Notes: generated by a model from the sequence alone, not told the origin. A stretch of DNA of 64,000 nt from Chitinophaga pinensis (GCA_945865625.1 CAMBFD010000001.1:34559-98558), one strand, 5' to 3'. Counted from the stretch's first letter, positions 50,109-59,348 are shown. Translations and numbers: made by a program.

Positions 50109-52111
50109 GATGTTTGAATCATTTGTAAGAGTTCATCTTCCGATAGGAAAACAACACCCAATTGTTGTGCTTTTTCTAATTTTGAGGGACCAACACCGCT
50201 GCCTGCAATGAGGTAATTGGTTTTTGAGGTCACGCCACTTGCCATTTTTCCTCCGTTGTTTTCAACCAAGTCTTTGAGTTCGTCGCGACTATGATTTTCG
50301 AAAACCCCAGAAATCACAAAGATTTTACCTTCCAAAACATAGCTTGCTTTTTCAATTTTCTGAGCTTCGAATTGCAAATTTGCGGATTTTAATCTCTCAA
50401 TTTCTTGCAAATTACGAGGATTTTGGAAATGTTGGTGCACCGTTTGTGCAATTCGCTCTCCAATTTCATCAACCTTGAGCATTTCTTCGATGCTGGCATT
50501 CATTAAATTGTGAATGGTTAAAAATGCCGCAACCAATTTTTTGGCCACGGTTTCTCCAACATATCTTATACCAATGGCAAATAAAACCCTTTCAAAAGGT
50601 TGGTTTTTACTGATTTGTATGCCTTCAATGATGTTGTTGGCACTTTTTTCGCCCATTCGGTCTAACGCAATTAACTGTTCAAAAGTTAAGTCGTAAAAGT
50701 CGGCCGGCGAGTTTACCAAGTTGTTTTTGTAGAGCGTTTCTGCCATTTCACTGCCAATACTCTGAATGTCCATGGCCTTGCGCCCTACAAAATGTTCGAG
50801 TTTCCCAACCACTTGAGGAGGGCAGAGGAGGTCGTTGGGACAATAATGCTGGGCTTCACCTTCATTTCGAATGAGTTTGGTGTTGCATTCTGGGCAATGT
50901 GAAATATAGGCTTGAGGTTCAGAGTTTTCAGGTCTTTGGGTATAGTCGATTCCCACAATTTTAGGAATGATTTCACCCCCTTTTTCTACAAAAACCATGT
51001 CGCCGATGCGAATGTCTAAACGTTCCATTTCATTGGCATTGTGTAAGCTCGCCCGCTTCACCGTGGTTCCAAGAATGGCAACAGGTTGTAGTTCGGCTAC
51101 TGGCGTAATGGCACCCGTTCTTCCAACTTGGTACTTAATATCGAGCAGTGTTGTGGTGGCCGTTTCCGTTTGAAATTTATAAGCAATGGCCCAACGTGGG
51201 GTTTTTGCGGTGAACCCAAGTTCTTCTTGGAGGTTTTTGTTGTTTACTTTTATCACCACTCCATCGGTGTCGAACGACAAATCGTGCCGTTTTGCATCCC
51301 AAACGTTTAAAAACGCGAGTACACTGTCAATGCCATTGCAAACTTTTGAGGTTTCAGCAATTTTAATTCCCCAGCTTGCTGCTGCATTGAGCGACTCAGA
51401 ATGGGTGGCAAAAAGTCCCTCATCCTCTAATAAATAATATAAATAAATGTCGAGCGGACGTTTGGCAACCTCATTGGGGTCTTTGATTTTGAGGGATCCC
51501 GAAGCCACGTTTCTTGGGTTGGCGTATTCGGCTTCATTGTTGGCCCTTCTCATGTCATTGAGCTTTTCGAAACCTTTGCGATGCATGAAAATTTCACCAC
51601 GCATTTCGAATTTCTGAGGGAAATTTCCTGAGAGTTGGTGTTTTAGGCTTCGAATGGTTTTTACGTTGGTGGTTACATCGTCGCCTTGAATGCCATCGCC
51701 ACGGGTAATGGCTTGCACGAGTTTTCCATTTTCAAAAAATAAAGAAATGGCCAACCCGTCAATTTTAAGTTCGCATACATATTCAATGTCTGCGAGTCCT
51801 GTCGATTTACGAATGCGTTCATCGAAATCTCTCAGCTCTTGCTCGTTGTAAGTATTTGCCAGCGACAACATTGGCCGTTGGTGTTTCACGGTGATAAATC
51901 CATCGGAAACGTTTCCACCTACTTTTTGGGTAGGACTATCCGGTGAAATAAATTGTGGAAATTGAGCTTCGAGATGGGTCAATTCGTTGAGTAATTGATC
52001 GAATTCAAAGTCAGAAATTGCAGGTTCAGCAAGCACATAATACCGGTAATTATGGTCTTTGAGGAGCGTAGTTAGTTGTTCAATGCGGAGTTTTGCATTT
52101 GCCAATTCCAT
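50105..52111 (-). CDS. ligA: NAD-dependent DNA ligase
   Basis: 668 aa. Adenylation KxDG motif (CELKIDGLAIS), Zn-finger Cys cluster, HhH and C-terminal BRCT. Confidence 0.95.
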   Translation of the reverse strand: MELANAKLRIEQLTTLLKDHNYRYYVLAEPAISDFEFDQLLNELTHLEAQFPQFISPDSPTQKVGGNVSDGFITVKHQRPMLSLANTYNEQELRDFDERIRKSTGLADIEYVCELKIDGLAISLFFENGKLVQAITRGDGIQGDDVTTNVKTIRSLKHQLSGNFPQKFEMRGEIFMHRKGFEKLNDMRRANNEAEYANPRNVASGSLKIKDPNEVAKRPLDIYLYYLLEDEGLFATHSESLNAAASWGIKIAETSKVCNGIDSVLAFLNVWDAKRHDLSFDTDGVVIKVNNKNLQEELGFTAKTPRWAIAYKFQTETATTTLLDIKYQVGRTGAITPVAELQPVAILGTTVKRASLHNANEMERLDIRIGDMVFVEKGGEIIPKIVGIDYTQRPENSEPQAYISHCPECNTKLIRNEGEAQHYCPNDLLCPPQVVGKLEHFVGRKAMDIQSIGSEMAETLYKNNLVNSPADFYDLTFEQLIALDRMGEKSANNIIEGIQISKNQPFERVLFAIGIRYVGETVAKKLVAAFLTIHNLMNASIEEMLKVDEIGERIAQTVHQHFQNPRNLQEIERLKSANLQFEAQKIEKASYVLEGKIFVISGVFENHSRDELKDLVENNGGKMASGVTSKTNYLIAGSGVGPSKLEKAQQLGVVFLSEDELLQMIQTS

Positions 52112-52245
52112 AGGTCAACGAAACTACAAAAAAATCTTTGGGAGAGTCGATTTTTGATTACTCAAAATGGTTTGAGTTATACACAATTCATGTCATTTAT
52201 TAAACAATTGATAATTTATTAACAGATAAATATGTTTTTTGAATC

Positions 52246-52752
52246 ATGGAATCTCAAAAAATCGCCCCAAACAGAGTGGTTAGTTTAAGCTATTCTCTGT
52301 CGTTAACAAACGGACAAATTGCAGACGAAGCTACTGCTGAACAACCACTAGTGTTTATTCACGGTGTTGGTCAAACCTTACCTGAATTCGATGCGCGCAT
52401 AGAAGGACTGAGTGTAGGAGAAGGATTTTCTTTCACTTTAACTGCTGAACAAGGATATGGAGAATCTGACGAACGTTGGATTATCGAATTGCAAAAATCA
52501 ATTTTTGAAGGACCGGATGTGCCTGCAGACATTTTGCAAATAGGAGCACTTTTACCAATGCAAGACCAAGATGGCAATCCAATGGATGGCAAATTAGTTG
52601 AAATTGGCGACGAAACTGTGAAGTTAGACTTCAACCACCCGTTGGCTGGCGAAGCTTTACATTTCACTGGTAAAGTTGAATCTGTAAGAGAAGCAACTTC
52701 CGACGAATTGGACCATGGCCACGTTCATGGTGAAGGCGGGCATCAACATTAA
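52246..52752 (+). CDS. slyD: FKBP-type peptidyl-prolyl cis-trans isomerase, SlyD-like, with His-rich C-terminus
   Basis: 168 aa. FKBP fold with inserted IF-like flap. C-terminal HGHVHGEGGHQH metal-binding tail. Confidence 0.75.
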   Translation: MESQKIAPNRVVSLSYSLSLTNGQIADEATAEQPLVFIHGVGQTLPEFDARIEGLSVGEGFSFTLTAEQGYGESDERWIIELQKSIFEGPDVPADILQIGALLPMQDQDGNPMDGKLVEIGDETVKLDFNHPLAGEALHFTGKVESVREATSDELDHGHVHGEGGHQH

Positions 52753-52865
52753 GCCATAAACGATTAAACGGTTAAACGGTTAGGAGGATTAGAAGGATTA
52801 AACGGTTAGAAGGATTAGAAGCAATCTAATAATCCTATAATCTTATAATCCTATAATCTGTCCAA
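52753..52865. repeat. Composite intergenic short-tandem-repeat element (TAAACGxTTAAACGG units, GGATTAGAAG/GGTTAGAAG units, TATAATCC units)
   Basis: AAACGATTAAACGGTTAAACGG; then GGTTAGGAGGATTAGAAGGATTAAACGGTTAGAAGGATTAGAAG; then CCTATAATCTTATAATCCTATAATC. Lies between convergent slyD and the dnaE-family gene. Confidence 0.65.
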
Positions 52866-55800
52866 TTAAATTCTTGGATCTAATTGGATTCCCAACTTTT
52901 CCATCTGAGTCACCTCAATGTTAAATACCCCGAAGTCTGCGGTGATTTGTCCCCAAATGCGATAAACACCGCGGCCTTTGAAAGGGTAGCGCGATACAAT
53001 CTGTGGGAAGTGAATGCTATCAAAGAAATATCCATCGCGGTCTACCCATGTTCCAAAGTTCATTTCCTTGCCCCCAATTGTCTTTGTGGGCTTTACCGTG
53101 ACCAAATATCCCTCAAGCATCACCGATTTGTGAAGCAGTTTGCCCAAATCTCTCGCCCTTAACTTGGATCCTTCATCGGGCTCACTGGTTAGGGTAAACG
53201 GACTGCAAAGTGGAAACCCCAAGAATTCCCTTTGATCTATGGCAATTTCTAACCACGAGTCTTCTAATGGCGGTAATTCGTATGTTTTCGGTTGTTCTGT
53301 GAACAATTTTGCGGAAATTATTTCCTGTTTTTTTTGCGAATAATACGAATGTGCCTCCCATAAAAGTGCCCGTCTCGACTTTTCTGTGTATCTGAATGCC
53401 CCAATTTGGATTAAGATTTTTAACTGCTCTAAGCCAGGTTCTACCCGTGTTTTGAAATCATATAAACTTTCAAATGCACCTTCTTTTTGCGCCGCGAAAA
53501 TTCTTTCTGCACACCTTTGCTCTAGTCCTTGTATGAGTCCCAACCCCAGCCAAATCGTTTTCCCCTCAATTTTTGTGAGAAATTTGCTGTGGTTTGCACA
53601 AGGTGCTTGCACGTCGGCGCCGCACATTCGGGCAGCGTGAACATAAAATTCGGTGCGGTAAAAACCTCCGAAATTGTTAATCACCGCCACGTAAAATTCG
53701 AGCGGATAATAGGCTTTCAAATGCAAACTCTGGTAACTCTCCACCGCGTAACTCGCACTATGTCCCTTCGCAAAACTATATCCTGCAAAACTTTCAATTT
53801 GCTTCCACACTTCAACAATGAGTTGGTGTGAATGTCCCTTCTCCCTGGCTTTTTCATAAAATTGTTGCTGAACTTTCAGAAATTCTGCCTTGCTCCTAAA
53901 TTTCCCGCTCATGCCACGTCTTAAAACATCGCTTTCAGCAAGTCCTAAGCCCGCAAAATGATGGGCCACGCGAATCACATCTTCCTGATACACCATGATT
54001 CCATACGTTTCGGGCATAATTTCTTGTAAAATTGGGTGGGCTTCCGTGCGCTTCCTTACATCGATATGCCTTTCAATGAATGTTCGCATCATGCCACTTC
54101 TGGCAACCCCCGGACGTATCACACTGCTGGCCGCCACCAACGTGAGGTAGTCTCGGCATTTGAGTTTTCGCAACAATTGTCGCATGGCAGGACTTTCTAC
54201 ATAAAAGCAGCCCATGGTAAATCCAGTTTCAATAATTCTGGCAATTTTTGGGTCGTTTTTAAACGTTTGAATTTGGTGTGGATCTACATCAATGCCTTGA
54301 TTTTCTTTGATATAGATTACGGCATCTTTGATGTGCCCAAGTCCTCGTTGACTTAAAATATCGAACTTTGCAAGTCCTAAATCTTCAGCTTCAAGCATGC
54401 TAAATTGCACGGTGGGGAATCCTTTTGGAGGCATTTCCAACGCCGAATAATGGTAGATGCTTTTTTCGGAAATGAGAATTCCCCCCACATGAATGCTCCG
54501 ATAATTTGGCAGATTGTGAATTTTTCGGGCATGTTTTAACAAAGTTGCATACAGCGACTCTTTGCTTTCGAGAGTATTTTCTGAATTTGCAGCGGTTTTG
54601 GGCTTCCATTCTCTATTTCTAAGTCCAATTCCCGGAGTGCTATAGATAGAATCGCTGTTGGTTGAAAATTCCTCAAAGTTGGCATCTCCATAATAGGTTG
54701 GCCGTTCGAGTAAATTGTCGATTTCGGCCTTTGGTAAGCCATACACTTTGCCGAGTTCTCTCACCACGGCATTGCTCTGAAAGGTGTTGTAAGTGCCAAC
54801 CAATGCAGCATGGTGCGGGCCGTATTTCTCCATGATGTAAGCGGTAACCTGATCGCGGTCTTGCCATGAAAAATCGAGGTCGAAGTCGGGCGGACTACTT
54901 CTGTAAGGATTGATAAACCGTTCGAAATACAAATCGAGGTCAATGGGGTCAACATCGGTAATTTTCAGGCAATAGGCCACCATGCTATTGGCGCCGCTCC
55001 CTCGTCCTACATGAAAAAATCTTTGCTCTTCGGCAAATCGGCAAATGTCCCAGTTGATTAAAAAATAAGATGTAAATCCCAGTTCATAAATGAGTTGCAT
55101 TTCTTTTTCTAGGCGCTTCGTGGTTTCGTAGGTGTAATTTGGATAGCGGTATTTAAGTCCCTCAAAAGCCAACTCCCTTAACATTCTATAGTCTTGGTCG
55201 ACATTTTGTGTAAACGTTTTTTTATTCTGAGGGACATTGAAGTCGAAGCTCCAATGTGGTTGATTGACAATCGATTGTGCGTTTTGTAATAGTATGGGAG
55301 TGTCTAAAAACTCATTGACAATGCTGGCAATGTCTTCAAATAGATCGTATTTAGAGGCGGTGCAATTGGGTTTAAGTTTTGTGAGGAGGCAATTGTGTTG
55401 GATGCAACGCAAGAGGGTGTGGGTGTGGAGGTCGTCGATATTTCTGAGGGTGGCTTTGTGGTATGCAATGAGTCGCTTTGCCGAATTTTTCCACGGCGAC
55501 AATCTGAGTTTCCTCAATTGTTGTTTTGTGATGCCAATGAGGGCATGTGAAGGGATGTCTTTGTGCGAGAGTCCAATGACCTTATGGAAGGGGTAGATGC
55601 AGGTTACGTGTTCGAGTTTTGGCGCCAAAATGGGGAAGGGGAGGTTTTGCATCAAAAATTCTGATAAAAACTGGTTGATATTGGCAAATCCGGCATGCGA
55701 ATTTGCAATGAGAAGGTAGAGGGATTCGTCGTTATTTTTAATTTCCACGCCAACTAGCGGAACAACATTTGGATATTTTTTGGCTTCTTTTAGAAAGTTG

Positions 55801-55949
55801 GTGGCACCGCTGACATTGTTGATATCGGCTAGCAGGATATGCACGGTTTCATTGAGGGTATCAGCCTGGTTTTTTGCCCAAAGAACAATATCCTCGGGGC
55901 TAAGTAATCCGTACCGTAAGCTAAAGTAAGAGTGTGCATGAAAAACCAT
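52866..55949 (-). CDS. dnaE2: DNA polymerase III alpha-subunit family protein, short form (DnaE2/ImuC-like)
   Basis: 1027 aa. N-terminal PHP domain (MVFHAHSYFSLRYG), polymerase palm motif FHVGRGSGANSMVAYCLKITDVDP, C-terminal OB fold. Too short for a replicative DnaE, and no tau-binding C-terminal extension. Confidence 0.65.
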   Translation of the reverse strand: MVFHAHSYFSLRYGLLSPEDIVLWAKNQADTLNETVHILLADINNVSGATNFLKEAKKYPNVVPLVGVEIKNNDESLYLLIANSHAGFANINQFLSEFLMQNLPFPILAPKLEHVTCIYPFHKVIGLSHKDIPSHALIGITKQQLRKLRLSPWKNSAKRLIAYHKATLRNIDDLHTHTLLRCIQHNCLLTKLKPNCTASKYDLFEDIASIVNEFLDTPILLQNAQSIVNQPHWSFDFNVPQNKKTFTQNVDQDYRMLRELAFEGLKYRYPNYTYETTKRLEKEMQLIYELGFTSYFLINWDICRFAEEQRFFHVGRGSGANSMVAYCLKITDVDPIDLDLYFERFINPYRSSPPDFDLDFSWQDRDQVTAYIMEKYGPHHAALVGTYNTFQSNAVVRELGKVYGLPKAEIDNLLERPTYYGDANFEEFSTNSDSIYSTPGIGLRNREWKPKTAANSENTLESKESLYATLLKHARKIHNLPNYRSIHVGGILISEKSIYHYSALEMPPKGFPTVQFSMLEAEDLGLAKFDILSQRGLGHIKDAVIYIKENQGIDVDPHQIQTFKNDPKIARIIETGFTMGCFYVESPAMRQLLRKLKCRDYLTLVAASSVIRPGVARSGMMRTFIERHIDVRKRTEAHPILQEIMPETYGIMVYQEDVIRVAHHFAGLGLAESDVLRRGMSGKFRSKAEFLKVQQQFYEKAREKGHSHQLIVEVWKQIESFAGYSFAKGHSASYAVESYQSLHLKAYYPLEFYVAVINNFGGFYRTEFYVHAARMCGADVQAPCANHSKFLTKIEGKTIWLGLGLIQGLEQRCAERIFAAQKEGAFESLYDFKTRVEPGLEQLKILIQIGAFRYTEKSRRALLWEAHSYYSQKKQEIISAKLFTEQPKTYELPPLEDSWLEIAIDQREFLGFPLCSPFTLTSEPDEGSKLRARDLGKLLHKSVMLEGYLVTVKPTKTIGGKEMNFGTWVDRDGYFFDSIHFPQIVSRYPFKGRGVYRIWGQITADFGVFNIEVTQMEKLGIQLDPRI

Positions 55950-55984
55950 TTTGATAATATTATTGACAATTAATTGGCAACAAT

Positions 55985-56109
55985 ATACGCAAAAAATCCA
56001 AAATGGTTAGAAAGATTAGAAAGATTAGAAGATCAAAAATCCAATACGCCTATAAACTTATAAACCAATAAGCCAGTAGGCTGAAGTAATTAAGTATTAA
56101 ACATTAAAT
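55985..56109. repeat. Composite intergenic short-tandem-repeat element (GGTTAGAAAGATTAGAAAGATTAGAAG; TATAAACTTATAAACC; TAAACATTAAAT)
   Basis: Core at 56005-56066. Same three sub-motifs as 52753-52865. Lies between the divergent dnaE-family and DCC genes. Confidence 0.65.
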
Positions 56110-56112
56110 TTG
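56105..56112 (+). promoter_or_regulatory. Bacteroidota -7 promoter element TAAATTTG upstream of the DCC gene
   Basis: Matches TAnnTTTG 12 nt upstream of the ATG at 56125. Confidence 0.3.
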
Positions 56113-56124
56113 CTCAAGCATTGG

Positions 56125-56481
56125 ATGAAAAATAACATTGTGTTTTTTGATGGGGTGTGTAATCTCTGTAACGGTTGGGTTAAGTTTCTAAAGAAATATG
56201 ATCGGAAAAAGCGATTTGAAATGCACTCTCTTCAATCGCAAATGGCCACTAGTTTGATACCCCCACAATATCTTTCCGCACAACCAGAGTCTATCATTTA
56301 TCTCCGAAATGGTAAAATCTTCACAAAATCCCTCGCAGTTTGCTTTATTTTTAAAGATCTTCCCTTGCCATTTTCTCTACTCTATGCCTTAAGAATCATC
56401 CCTCCATTCATCAGAGATTCTGTGTATAAATGGGTTGCAAAAAATAGGTATCGGTGGTTTGGGAAATGCGATATTCTTTGA
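56125..56481 (+). CDS. DCC-family thiol-disulfide oxidoreductase (DUF393)
   Basis: ATG at 56125 (MKNNIVFFDGVCNLCNGWVKFL); the ORF-track start at 56110 is a TTG. CxxC motif in the characteristic FDGxCxLC context. Confidence 0.7.
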   Translation: MKNNIVFFDGVCNLCNGWVKFLKKYDRKKRFEMHSLQSQMATSLIPPQYLSAQPESIIYLRNGKIFTKSLAVCFIFKDLPLPFSLLYALRIIPPFIRDSVYKWVAKNRYRWFGKCDIL

Positions 56482-56575
56482 GAAATTTAATGCTTAAAGT
56501 TTAGTGCTTAATGTTGGTTCAAAGTTTAATATAAACCGTCCACTAATCCCTCTAACCATTCTAACCCCCTAATCC
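56482..56575. repeat. Composite intergenic short-tandem-repeat element in inverted orientation (AATGCTTAAAGTTTAGTGCTTAATG; TATAAACC; CTAATCC/CTAACC units)
   Basis: The reverse complement GGATTAGGGGGTTAGAATGGTTAGAGGGATTAG matches the GGTTAGAAG/GGATTAGAAG arrays at 52781-52824 and 56005-56031. Overlaps the stop codon of the efflux adaptor gene. Confidence 0.65.
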
Positions 56576-57843
56576 TTTTTTACCTTATCGCCATTGTTCA
56601 AGGTTTTTGCAATGGCCATTGCAGGTTCAGAAATGACTTCATCTCCCAGTTTAAGTCCCTCAAGAACTTCAAAGTAATCTATATCTTGAATGCCCGTTTT
56701 TACCTTAACTGCCTTTGCATTACCGTTGATGTTTAAGAAAACCCAAGTGCTAATGGTTGTCTCTTTTTTCTGCGGTTTGTCGCCATCTTTTTGAATCTCT
56801 GGGTTTCTGGTGGTTAACGATGAAATGGGAATCGACAATACATTTGTTTTTGTAACCGATTTGATGTCAACCGACGCCGTCATTCCTGGAAAAAATGCCT
56901 GGGTTGATTTTGCAGTGATTAGGTCTCTATAACTGCTTTGTAGCAATCTCACTTTCACAGTATAATTTGTGACTTGTTCATTCATGTTGGTGGCCACATT
57001 GAATTTTGCAGAATTTGCAATTTCTGTGACAATTCCTTTGAAAACCCTGTCGGTGTACGCATCAACTTTAATGTCGGCACTATCGCCTTTATGCACCCTA
57101 ACGATATCATTTTCATTGATATTCACCTGAACTTCCATGATGTTTAAATTGCTGATGCGCATGATTTCTGTTCCGGCCATTTGCGCAGTTCCCACCACCC
57201 GTTCTCCCTTTTCGCTATTGAGTTGGGTTACAATTCCAGATGCTGGAGCATATATGCTGGTTCTACCGAGGTTTTTTGATCCTTCTTCGACCCTGGCCAT
57301 TAAACTTTTTACATTGAATTGGGCCGATAATATATTTTTTGAGGCAATGGTGTAATCAGCTTGACTGTTTTCGAATTGCAATCGTGCGTTTTCGAATTCT
57401 TGATCGCTAATTACTTTTTGCTCGTGAAGTTGCTTTTGGCGTTTGAAATTAATTTCAGATTGCGCCAATGCCATCTTCGCCTTTATTTGCTGTGCTTCTG
57501 ATCCTGCCAACCCCGCTTTTGCATTGTCTAAATTGGCCTTGAGCTGACTCATGGTGGTTTGGTATAACTCTGGATTGATCCGCAATAAAAGTTGTCCTTT
57601 TGTAACACTATCTCCTTCTTTGACAAACATTTCGGTGATTTCTCCAGAGACGTCGGGACTAATTTTCACTTCGAATTCTGGTTGGATTTTGCCGGTAACA
57701 CTCACCACTTCGGTAATGGTGCGCGCTGTGACTTTTTCGGTAGACACTTCAACAGGTTTTTGACCGCCGGTGACAACTTTTACTATGATAAAAATAACAA
57801 CTATAGCGGCAATGCTTATCCAAATGGTTTTTTTCTTGTTCAT
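56569..57843 (-). CDS. Efflux transporter periplasmic adaptor subunit (MacA/HlyD-type membrane fusion protein)
   Basis: 424 aa. N-terminal TM anchor, biotinyl-lipoyl-like hairpin, long coiled-coil and beta-barrel domains. Confidence 0.8.
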   Translation of the reverse strand: MNKKKTIWISIAAIVVIFIIVKVVTGGQKPVEVSTEKVTARTITEVVSVTGKIQPEFEVKISPDVSGEITEMFVKEGDSVTKGQLLLRINPELYQTTMSQLKANLDNAKAGLAGSEAQQIKAKMALAQSEINFKRQKQLHEQKVISDQEFENARLQFENSQADYTIASKNILSAQFNVKSLMARVEEGSKNLGRTSIYAPASGIVTQLNSEKGERVVGTAQMAGTEIMRISNLNIMEVQVNINENDIVRVHKGDSADIKVDAYTDRVFKGIVTEIANSAKFNVATNMNEQVTNYTVKVRLLQSSYRDLITAKSTQAFFPGMTASVDIKSVTKTNVLSIPISSLTTRNPEIQKDGDKPQKKETTISTWVFLNINGNAKAVKVKTGIQDIDYFEVLEGLKLGDEVISEPAMAIAKTLNNGDKVKKD

Positions 57844-57845
57844 GT

Positions 57846-59348
57846 TTAATTTGATAGTGAGGAGAGTTGGTTGTTGTAAAAATAATCGAGAACTAATTTT
57901 CGGAATACAAATTCATATTTTGCAGAGATGAGATTTTGGTAGGCAGAATTTTCTGCATTTTCCGCGGTTTGAATTTCAAATTGGGAGGCTTGAGCATTTG
58001 CAAAACGAATTTTTACAAACTCGGTATTCTTGCGCTGCGCTTCATATGTTTCTTTCAGAGCGAAATATTTATCTGCACTGTTTTCAAAACTAATATAGGC
58101 ATTGCTAACATCATTTCTGACAGCCATATAGCTTTTTTCTAATGCTATTTGACTTTGAATGATGCCTATATTTGCCTTATTGATTTGAGTTTGAGTTTGC
58201 AACTTCCCATAAATGGGCACAGAAAGTGTGGCCCCAAAACTTTGTCCGAAGTTGTCTTTGATCTGCTTGCTAAATTCTATGGTTTGGGTGGTGTATTCAA
58301 ATTTAGGCGCTTCAACAATTTCTAAATTGCTTTTTACATATCCAATGGGTTGACTGCCAACAATTGAAAAACCTGTAATTGTTTTTGCATTTCCTGAGTA
58401 AACCGAATTTAAATTTCCGCCCAGCGAGAGTGTTGGCAACAAGGCTCCTTTTGCAATTTTAGAGGTGAAGATGGCCGATTCTTGACGTGCTTTTGCAGCC
58501 GCAACTTCTGGTCGGCGTGCAGTGGCGCTATCTATAAGCGATTGAATATCAATTGGGTATTTGTTTTTCTGAGGGACATCGAAGGCGGCGACTTCAAGTT
58601 CGAATTCTGATTTCGGATCCAATTGGATCAAATTTTTCAAATTGAGATAGGCCGATTTTTTTGCGTTTTCTGCTTGAGTGAGATTTGAAATTTGATTCAA
58701 ATATTGCGCTTTTGCCGACCATAGTGCACCTTCGTTGGTGGCACCAGCTTTGAGCAGTTTTTCCAAACGATCCAATTCAAGTTTTCCATTTAAAGCAATG
58801 GATTTTGCCGCTTGCACTTGCTCATTTGTTTGCAAACATTGTAAATATGCGAGGGCCACACTGAGTGCAATGTTTTGTTTTGCTTGTTCTAAATCTAAAT
58901 GACTCGCTTGTTTGTCGAATCTTAACTTTTGAATGTTGTTTCTCAGTTGTCCACCCGCAAAAAGCGTCCAATTGGCTTGTAACTGAAAATTGTTACTTCC
59001 AATGGTTGTTTGAACGTATTGGTTTGTAAAACGATCGATACTTCTACCACTTTGGAAATATTGACCTGCAGCACCTGAGATTTCAGGAGAGAGGTTGTAT
59101 TTACTTTGTTGGTAATCGATGTTGGCAAGCGATTCTGAAATTGCGGCAAGTTGAACATCGAAATTTTTTGTAAATGCCAGTTGAATACATTTTTCTAGGG
59201 TGATCTTTTCAACACTTTGTGCTGAGAGATTTGCCAAAATCCCTCCAAAAAACAAGATCGTTATCCATCGCATAAATACAAATATAGGGGAGTATTTTGG
59301 CAAGTTTAATGATTGTCGATAGACCTCTATGATTATCGATGAATTCAT
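57846..59348 (-). CDS. TolC-family outer-membrane efflux protein
   Basis: 500 aa. Signal peptide and two OEP repeats with coiled-coil segments. 2-nt gap to the adaptor gene. Confidence 0.8.
   Translation of the reverse strand: MNSSIIIEVYRQSLNLPKYSPIFVFMRWITILFFGGILANLSAQSVEKITLEKCIQLAFTKNFDVQLAAISESLANIDYQQSKYNLSPEISGAAGQYFQSGRSIDRFTNQYVQTTIGSNNFQLQANWTLFAGGQLRNNIQKLRFDKQASHLDLEQAKQNIALSVALAYLQCLQTNEQVQAAKSIALNGKLELDRLEKLLKAGATNEGALWSAKAQYLNQISNLTQAENAKKSAYLNLKNLIQLDPKSEFELEVAAFDVPQKNKYPIDIQSLIDSATARRPEVAAAKARQESAIFTSKIAKGALLPTLSLGGNLNSVYSGNAKTITGFSIVGSQPIGYVKSNLEIVEAPKFEYTTQTIEFSKQIKDNFGQSFGATLSVPIYGKLQTQTQINKANIGIIQSQIALEKSYMAVRNDVSNAYISFENSADKYFALKETYEAQRKNTEFVKIRFANAQASQFEIQTAENAENSAYQNLISAKYEFVFRKLVLDYFYNNQLSSLSN

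Noticed and set aside
52866-55949. Apparent higher GC content of the dnaE2-like gene as evidence of horizontal acquisition
   Set aside because: Spot counts give ~45% GC for this gene. Other conserved housekeeping genes in the window (ligA, ruvB) reach a similar 43-55%, whereas poorly conserved genes (for example the histidine kinase) sit at ~27-33%. The elevation tracks protein conservation, not foreign origin. Could not be computed exactly.
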